Shown here piece after piece: positions 57,832-64,000 of a stretch of DNA of 64,000 nt. The notes under the pieces are model-generated. The model worked only from the letters and a program-made list of their open reading frames with translations. It was not told where the DNA came from and made no database searches. Made by a program: the position numbers and the translations under genes. Numbering within the stretch: position 1 is the stretch's first letter; every line of letters begins with the position of its first letter. This DNA is from Minisyncoccota bacterium (GTDB lineage: Bacteria; Patescibacteriota; Minisyncoccia; Phycocordibacterales; UBA9973), in assembly GCA_035491955.1 (NCBI GenBank), contig DATJJU010000001.1, positions 393 to 64,392 of the forward strand, written 5' to 3'.

Positions 57832-59181
57832 TTATTTCAAAACGTTTTGAATGCGTTCTATAGTTTTTTCCTTGCCGAGAATGCTTGCGAGCTCAAATGG
57901 ATCAGGAGATTTTTCTTTGCCGGAGAGGGCGACACGGAGCGGCCAGAGAACATTTCCCTTCCCTTCCTTCTCTGCGTATTCCATAAGGCTTGCCTTGAGC
58001 CCATCGATACTCCACTCCGAAGCTTGCTCAATGAGCATAAGCGCCTGGCGAAGATAGTCCTTGGTCTTTTGCAATCCTTCAGGATCTTCCTTCAATGCTT
58101 TCCAAATAAGCATATGCTCATCGACTGAAGGTTCTTTGAAGAAATAATCAAACTCCCCCTCATCAAACAATGTCTTGATATCTGAGAATCTGTCGATGCG
58201 GTCACGGAGAATATGCTCAATCTTTTTCAGCATTTCATGAGTAGGTTCAGTATCTCCGATCCAGTCCGGTAGGTAGACATGCGCATGATCCCAAAATTCT
58301 TTCATTGAGAGTTTCTTAATATATTCTCTATTGAACCAATTCAGTTTTTCAATATTAAACACTGCTCCGCCTTTTTGCATGCGAGCAAAATCAAAACGTG
58401 CGATCAATTCTTCTCGTGAAAAAATTTCCTGATCAGAACCTGGATCAGCAGGATTCCAGCCGATCATAGCAATGCAATTAAATACAGCGTCGGGGAGATA
58501 TCCCTCTTTAGCATATTCCGTCATTGGCAATGCACCCTTTCGTTTCGAAAGCTTCTGCTTGTCAGGACCAAGCACCAGTGGCAAGTGGGCATACTGCGGT
58601 ATATCAAAACCAAGCGCTTCGTGAATAAGAATTTGTCGCGGAGTATTTGCAATATGCTCTTCTGCACGAATGACATGCGTAATGCCTTCATCATGGTCAT
58701 CAACAACTACGACAAAGTGAAATACTGGCTCGTCGATAGTGCGAGCAATGACGAAGTCGCCGAGATCGGTCGTATCTGTATTGATAGTGCCGCGAATTTC
58801 ATCAGTGAACTGCACTACTTTGTTAGGATTGCGAAAACGAATAACATCTTTCATTGCACCTGAGCCGTCTTTTGATTCTTCACGAGAAACGTAGGCTTTG
58901 TCTTCATCAATCAGTTTGTTGATGAGTTCCTTATGGCGAGCAAGATGTTCTGACTGTATGTATTGCTCGTCATTATTGATACCAAGCCATTCCAATGCCT
59001 CAAAAATATCCTGCTTTGCTTCTTCGCTATTGCGAGCAGCATCAGTGTCTTCAATGCGCAAGACAAATTTGCCTCCGTGCTTGCGGGCATAGAGCCAAGA
59101 ATACATAGCGGTACGATAGCTTCCAGCATGAGCCTTGCCAGTCGGGCTCGGTGCGAAGCGAGTAACAATAGGTTTATCCAT
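57832..59181 (-). CDS. gltX: Glutamyl-tRNA synthetase
   Basis: RFAPSPTG, LRIEDTD, VVVDD...ITHVIR, KLSKR. Confidence 0.96.
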   Translation of the reverse strand: MDKPIVTRFAPSPTGKAHAGSYRTAMYSWLYARKHGGKFVLRIEDTDAARNSEEAKQDIFEALEWLGINNDEQYIQSEHLARHKELINKLIDEDKAYVSREESKDGSGAMKDVIRFRNPNKVVQFTDEIRGTINTDTTDLGDFVIARTIDEPVFHFVVVVDDHDEGITHVIRAEEHIANTPRQILIHEALGFDIPQYAHLPLVLGPDKQKLSKRKGALPMTEYAKEGYLPDAVFNCIAMIGWNPADPGSDQEIFSREELIARFDFARMQKGGAVFNIEKLNWFNREYIKKLSMKEFWDHAHVYLPDWIGDTEPTHEMLKKIEHILRDRIDRFSDIKTLFDEGEFDYFFKEPSVDEHMLIWKALKEDPEGLQKTKDYLRQALMLIEQASEWSIDGLKASLMEYAEKEGKGNVLWPLRVALSGKEKSPDPFELASILGKEKTIERIQNVLK

Positions 59182-59266
59182 TCCCTCATACTAGCAAAAT
59201 AAGGCTTTATTGACAAAAGGTGTGGTAGTTCTACAATAAAGAAAAACCCTAAAAAAATTAAACACC

Positions 59267-59686
59267 ATGGAAGTAATTATTTCATCGGGAATACTATTCC
59301 TGATTGGTTATGTAGTAGTTGCAATTGTATCAGTGTATTATTTTTTTGAATGCTGGCGAGTAAGAGATCCTTATGGCGTATATCTCCATATTGAAGAAGA
59401 TGATGATCAAGGAGTGGAGCTGACAATATTTGGTACGCTATGGTTTTTATTCGCAGGTATTTTCTTTGTAGCAGGAATGAATTGCGTTCACGCATGCAAC
59501 TCCGTGCAAGAGGCTGTACAACTGTATTTAGTTATTAGTATTTTCATTTATATTCTTACGTATCTTCGCGCCGGTAGTCACCGTTACCGACTTAATAGCT
59601 TTAAAGAAGCTGGAGAATCCAATATTCTTAGAATAATCTCAAGAGCGATAAAAGATATCGTGGTAAAAAATGAAGTTACTGCGTAA
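59267..59686 (+). CDS. Membrane protein, accessory module
   Basis: Three TM; TTGACA-N16-TACAAT; terminator 59689-59716. Confidence 0.7.
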   Translation: MEVIISSGILFLIGYVVVAIVSVYYFFECWRVRDPYGVYLHIEEDDDQGVELTIFGTLWFLFAGIFFVAGMNCVHACNSVQEAVQLYLVISIFIYILTYLRAGSHRYRLNSFKEAGESNILRIISRAIKDIVVKNEVTA

Positions 59687-59726
59687 TTAAAAAAGTGCCG
59701 TTTTACGGCATTTTTTATTTTGCTTC

Positions 59727-60467
59727 TTATTTCTTTCGACTCCACTCATACAACACCACTGATGCAGCCACTGATGCATTCAATGATTCGCAATTGGGAT
59801 CCATAGGGATAGTGAGACCGACATCGCAGAGCTCCATAGTCTTCTCTCGAATACCAACAGACTCATTACCAACGATAAAAAGAGTTGGTGTATCAAAGAC
59901 GGCGTCTTTCAATTTCGTATCGCCATTCATAACAAGACCATAGCTCCACATATGTTTTTCTTTCAACATCCGCAGAGTCTGATTAACATTGCCAATCTTC
60001 ACAATAGGAATACGAAAGACCATGCCGGCAGAAGTCTTGATAACAGTACCAGTGATCGGTGACTGATTATGTTCCGGCATCAAGATGGCACTTGCACCGA
60101 ATGCTACTGCGCTACGAATGATTGCGCCGACATTGTGAGGGTCATGCAATTCATCAAGAAGAACAAAGCATGTTTCTGCGCCTTTATCTAATAAAGGCAA
60201 TACACTTTCGAGTGACGTATACAATTTATCAGTATTGATCACAGCAATAACACCTTGATGTACGGCATCTTCTTCGACTACTTTAGTCTTTTCTTGCTTC
60301 ATAGTAGTGAAGCCAATCTTATGGGTCGCAAGCAAATGTGTAAGCTCTTTATCCCCTTCTGCATTTGCATCCAAATAGACTTTCTGGACACATTCCGGCT
60401 TGGCCAAAAGAGCCTCGCGCAGTGCGTGCTTGCCGTAGAGATAGACTTTGCTCAGGTCTTTTTTCAT
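59727..60467 (-). CDS. rlmB: 23S rRNA Gm2251 methyltransferase (TrmH family)
   Basis: HQGV, DPHNVGAIIRS, GNE..G, ESLNASVA. Confidence 0.9.
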   Translation of the reverse strand: MKKDLSKVYLYGKHALREALLAKPECVQKVYLDANAEGDKELTHLLATHKIGFTTMKQEKTKVVEEDAVHQGVIAVINTDKLYTSLESVLPLLDKGAETCFVLLDELHDPHNVGAIIRSAVAFGASAILMPEHNQSPITGTVIKTSAGMVFRIPIVKIGNVNQTLRMLKEKHMWSYGLVMNGDTKLKDAVFDTPTLFIVGNESVGIREKTMELCDVGLTIPMDPNCESLNASVAASVVLYEWSRKK

Positions 60468-60506
60468 GTCTGCATAGTACAAGAGAAATAGGTTTTCGTA
60501 AATAAA

Positions 60507-61055
60507 CTATTTCTTATACTTAAAGCAAGTCGGAGGATGGTCATTGATCATGCCCACAGCCTGCATAAAGGCGAAGCAGATTGTAGCACCGACAAAACGA
60601 AAGCCGTCTTTCTTTAATTGTTTGCTCATAATCTCGCTGATTTTGATCGCTTCTTTTTGCTGTGCATGCTTCATTGGCTTGTTGCCGACAAAATGCCAGA
60701 TATATTTGTCGAAGCTTCCCCACTGCTTTTGAACAACCATGTATGCCTTAGCGTTTTCAATGACAGCATTAATCTTCAGACGATTACGGATAATGCCTTC
60801 GTTTTTCATAAGCTGTTCTTTTTTAGCGTCGCTATATTTTACGATCTTCTTTGCGTCAAAATGATCAAAGGCTTTGCGATAGTTATCTCGCTTTTTCAAC
60901 ACGGTAATCCAGCTTAATCCTGCCTGTGCACCTTCAAGATTCAGCATTTCAAAAAGTCTTTGATCGTCATGTAGTGGTACTCCCCATTCCTTGTCGTGAT
61001 ATTCGGTATAGATCTCAGGGCTATTGCCCCAGGAGCAGCGAGGTTTAATTTTCAT
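60507..61055 (-). CDS. tag: DNA-3-methyladenine glycosylase I
   Basis: RCSW, YHDKEWG, LEGAQAGLSW, IIRNRLKI, MQAVG..NDH...C. Confidence 0.94.
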   Translation of the reverse strand: MKIKPRCSWGNSPEIYTEYHDKEWGVPLHDDQRLFEMLNLEGAQAGLSWITVLKKRDNYRKAFDHFDAKKIVKYSDAKKEQLMKNEGIIRNRLKINAVIENAKAYMVVQKQWGSFDKYIWHFVGNKPMKHAQQKEAIKISEIMSKQLKKDGFRFVGATICFAFMQAVGMINDHPPTCFKYKK

Positions 61056-61075
61056 GCATACATTCTATCATCTCT

Positions 61076-61092
61076 CGAAGGTCCAACCTTCG
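61076..61092. repeat. REP-like palindrome (AGGTCCRACCT core)
   Basis: CGAAGGTCCAACCTTCG. Confidence 0.7.
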
Positions 61093-61170
61093 TCTTGTCG
61101 TGACGCCTTGCTTCACGACACGCTTATTGACAGAATATAATGCAATGTTATTGTTATAAAAAATTCGAGA

Positions 61171-61506
61171 ATGAAAAAGGTAAAAGAAATCACCCTGTTT
61201 TTCTTATGGCTTTGCTATATCGCTATAAGCTTTGTACTAATGGGCGCTGCCCTCGTATTGAGTACCGACCATCTTTGGCTGACATTCGTCATCAATTTCC
61301 TGCTCCTTCACTGCATCTTAATTGCAATGTATTTCAAAAGGTACACTTTTCTTCTGCCGTTCCTGGCCATGACTCTTGGCAGCTTTATGGCAAATACAGG
61401 TCTGAGCATTATTGCATTCTTTATTCTGATCGTATTAATGATCATATTTGAATGGCATAAGCTTACCGGCAGAATACTAATCAGATATTTCCCTTTTAAG
61501 ATATAA
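61171..61506 (+). CDS. Membrane protein, accessory module
   Basis: Hydrophobic 111 aa; TTGACA-N16-TATTGT; shared terminator 61523-61555. Confidence 0.7.
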   Translation: MKKVKEITLFFLWLCYIAISFVLMGAALVLSTDHLWLTFVINFLLLHCILIAMYFKRYTFLLPFLAMTLGSFMANTGLSIIAFFILIVLMIIFEWHKLTGRILIRYFPFKI

Positions 61507-61573
61507 AAGTGTAGCGCAAGAAAAAAGCGGTAAACATTTCATGTTTACCGCTTTTATATTTCTTTTTAGCCGG

Positions 61574-61909
61574 CTACGAAGCTAGTCTTCCATTCATTCT
61601 TTGATTGTTACGAATGAGATATTCTTCGCGCATGCAAATTTTAATTTTGAGACCATCGGCACTACAACTGAAATTCCTTTGAAATTTTTCCTTAAGTTTT
61701 GCATCTAAAGGGATAATATAGTCCCTGACTTTTCTAACACCAGTACTTTTAGAAAATGTGGCAACAAATGTTGCGCTTTTCTCACCCGGCTGAGAAAGTG
61801 TCGGCATAGGCAATCCTTTTATTACACCGTAACTGTTTATTAAAACAGAATGTACGTCAGACCAGATCTCATTCAAGATACCTAGATCAAATGTTGTAGT
61901 ACTTTTCAT
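61574..61909 (-). CDS. Hypothetical protein, accessory module
   Basis: Start reset to MKSTTTF; TTGACT-N16-TAAAGT. Confidence 0.65.
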   Translation of the reverse strand: MKSTTTFDLGILNEIWSDVHSVLINSYGVIKGLPMPTLSQPGEKSATFVATFSKSTGVRKVRDYIIPLDAKLKEKFQRNFSCSADGLKIKICMREEYLIRNNQRMNGRLAS

Positions 61910-62028
61910 ATTGTGTCGGTTTGTTTTTGATAACTTTATAGGAATAAAGGAGAAAGTCAAACAAATAATCTAAGGATTAATTGACAAATCTGAATAATAA
62001 TGTATACTGAAGTAAAATTGAAAAGAAG

Positions 62029-62670
62029 ATGAAGTTATTATTACCTAAACGGGTGTATGGTGAAGTGCTAGGCATAAACATTACCCCAAAGCAGGGCGAG
62101 AGAATTTATTTTCTTGCTGGCCCTATACGAGGCGCGGATGACTGGCAAAAAGAAGCAGTTAAACTCCTCGCAGAAAAAGACCCTCACTGCTATGTCGCCT
62201 GTCCACGTCGTTACGATGAATCCCATGAGTTATACCATTTAAGCGAAAGCGTCCAGGGTTCGATATTGCATTTTAGCAGGCAAACCCTGTGGGAAAGATA
62301 TTATTTGGACCGTGCGGCACGATCCGGTTGTATTATTTTCTGGCTTCCTTGTGAAAGTGCGACCAATCCTCGTAAAAAAGAGGATGGTCCATACGCCAGG
62401 GATACGTATGGAGAACTTGCGCGCTGGAGCATGTGCAAAGCCTGTACTGTTACACCAGACCATTACAAATTTTTCGATAAGGAAAGACCTGAGCATGTGA
62501 ACATCGCAATTGGAGCAGAAGGAAATTTCCCCGGCCTGGATGTGATTTATGAAAATTTCACTAAGGATAATTGTGGCTTCCAGTTTTGCGGATCACTAGA
62601 CGCCGCTGTTAATGAAGGTGTGCGCTTAGGAAAAGAGGTAAACCGACAGCCGTTTTCGTTTAATGACTAA
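62029..62670 (+). CDS. Nucleoside 2-deoxyribosyltransferase-like protein, accessory module
   Basis: FLAGPI.G..DWQ, WE..YL..A, IIFW, T.GEL..W; TTGACA-N16-TATACT. Confidence 0.7.
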   Translation: MKLLLPKRVYGEVLGINITPKQGERIYFLAGPIRGADDWQKEAVKLLAEKDPHCYVACPRRYDESHELYHLSESVQGSILHFSRQTLWERYYLDRAARSGCIIFWLPCESATNPRKKEDGPYARDTYGELARWSMCKACTVTPDHYKFFDKERPEHVNIAIGAEGNFPGLDVIYENFTKDNCGFQFCGSLDAAVNEGVRLGKEVNRQPFSFND

Positions 62671-62720
62671 TAAAATCTTTTAACTGATCTGAGAGCCCGA
62701 GATAGTATCGAGGGCTTTTT

Positions 62721-63233
62721 TTATTTCATATTTTCCAAAAAGACGATACTTCTTTCAAGAATATATTTGTCGTACAGCTCAATGTGATCTTTCAAATCTT
62801 TAAGACTTTGCTGTATGAGACGGAATGATTCTTCTTTTGAAAACCAAACCGGTTCTACGCCAAGGGCTTTTTCTTTTTCGGTAAGTTCCGGTAATCCTTT
62901 TTCTCCTACCACCTTTACAACAAAGCAATACGATTCATTGATTCGTTCTAATTTCTTTCTATATTCACGAGTCATGCCAAGCTCTCTTACAATTTCAACA
63001 ACACAGCCTATTTCTTCCTTACACTCCCGGATACATGCCTGCTCTAGACTCTCGCCTTCCTCTACTCCCCCACCTGGTAATTCATAATACTGACGATCAG
63101 AATTGGTGATGTGAATAAGACCAAGATTATCTTCCTGGTCGATGACAATAGCTCGTACAGCCTTTCTGACTTTGTACGTACTCGCTTCCTGTTCAGAAAC
63201 ATTTTCTTCGTTGAAGGTGTGGAAGAGTTCCAT
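62721..63233 (-). CDS. NUDIX hydrolase
   Basis: LPGGGVEEGESLEQACIRECKEEIG. Confidence 0.92.
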   Translation of the reverse strand: MELFHTFNEENVSEQEASTYKVRKAVRAIVIDQEDNLGLIHITNSDRQYYELPGGGVEEGESLEQACIRECKEEIGCVVEIVRELGMTREYRKKLERINESYCFVVKVVGEKGLPELTEKEKALGVEPVWFSKEESFRLIQQSLKDLKDHIELYDKYILERSIVFLENMK

Positions 63234-63234
63234 A

Positions 63235-64000
63235 TTATATGGTTTCCAAATGATAAATAAGATTATCGATGAATCGGTCCATGCATTTAAAATCTTCCCC
63301 TGGGAATGCTGTGTGAGAGTTTAGTTCAATGAGCTTTGGGCCGTCCTTCCCTACTCCAATATCCATACTGTACAGAGGTTTTGGAAACTGTTTCGTTATT
63401 TCAGTATGCACTTGTTTGTAAAAGTTAAGAATATCTTCTGGAATTGCATCTATATCAATCTCTGTAATTGAAGCGCCTTTGTGTGAATTACTGACCATAC
63501 TTCCTTCGGGGGCCTGACGAACATGACAGAGTGAGATTCTATCTCCATGCGTAATAATGCGAAGGTCATGATATGACTTTGCAACACCAGGTATACCTCC
63601 ACTGGTATCGATAAACTCCTGAACAAGAAATCCTCTTTCTTTTAGTTTATCTTCTGGAATAACCGAAAGATCAACTTCATCTTTATTAAAAATAAAAACA
63701 TCATCACCGTTCTGCCCATTGTTTGGTTTCAGGACGACCTTACTAGTGGTGATTTTTTCTATCGCTTCCTTTAGTTCCCCTTCACTAAATGTAAGATAGG
63801 ACTTCATGAAAAATTGTGGCATGTAGTTATAGGTATTTATTTTTGGACTGCAAAGGTTTCTGAACTCCGGAGTATTGGTAATAACAGCTGATCCTGGATC
63901 AAACCCTATATTCACCATTTTGTTGTATTGGTAAATGACATCGGCATTAAAAGATTCTTCAGTTTTTGTTATCTCACCGTTTTCATATCGAGCAACATTT
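63235..64000 (-). CDS. ATP-grasp (RimK-like) protein, 5' end off window
   Basis: VVLKP..G..G..V, VQEFID, DLRI, SMDI, LIELNS; frame open to window edge. Confidence 0.8.
   Translation of the reverse strand, partial: NVARYENGEITKTEESFNADVIYQYNKMVNIGFDPGSAVITNTPEFRNLCSPKINTYNYMPQFFMKSYLTFSEGELKEAIEKITTSKVVLKPNNGQNGDDVFIFNKDEVDLSVIPEDKLKERGFLVQEFIDTSGGIPGVAKSYHDLRIITHGDRISLCHVRQAPEGSMVSNSHKGASITEIDIDAIPEDILNFYKQVHTEITKQFPKPLYSMDIGVGKDGPKLIELNSHTAFPGEDFKCMDRFIDNLIYHLETI

Noticed and set aside
1-64000. Alternative genetic code, prophage or IS element
   Set aside because: Core ORFs are intact under the standard code; no structural phage genes, integrase or transposase recognised.

Overview
Chromosomal segment of a Patescibacteria/CPR-type bacterium (Parcubacteria-like; inferred from gene set, compact proteins and standard-code ORFs). 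Core genes: trpS, dnaB, recR, mraZ-rsmH-ftsL-like-ftsI, greA, pbp2, dnaX, dus, serS, dprA-topA, rel, parB, miaA, rpmG, tsaC, ychF, engB, gltX and rlmB, plus four tRNAs (Ala, Gln, Leu, Trp). Most core genes look leaderless: a TAnnnT -10 box sits 6-8 nt before the ATG. Between them lie about 16 AT-rich one- or two-gene modules, each with its own TTGAC[A/T] promoter (often a 16-bp spacer), an A-rich leader and a terminator. Some unrelated modules share promoter or terminator sequence, and several start next to REP-like palindromes. Best leads: (1) an orphan PemK/MazF-fold toxin facing a ~55-nt cUUCGg small RNA with its own promoter (possible RNA antitoxin); (2) a ~235-nt multi-stem ncRNA upstream of an unannotated 52-aa ORF; (3) the dispersed cassette system itself; (4) a GIY-YIG nuclease fused to a Cys-less alkyltransferase-like domain near a canonical MGMT; (5) purN and large purL as accessory modules; (6) a further standalone sRNA behind topA. 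All calls are manual readings of the sequence; no searches or folding programs were run.
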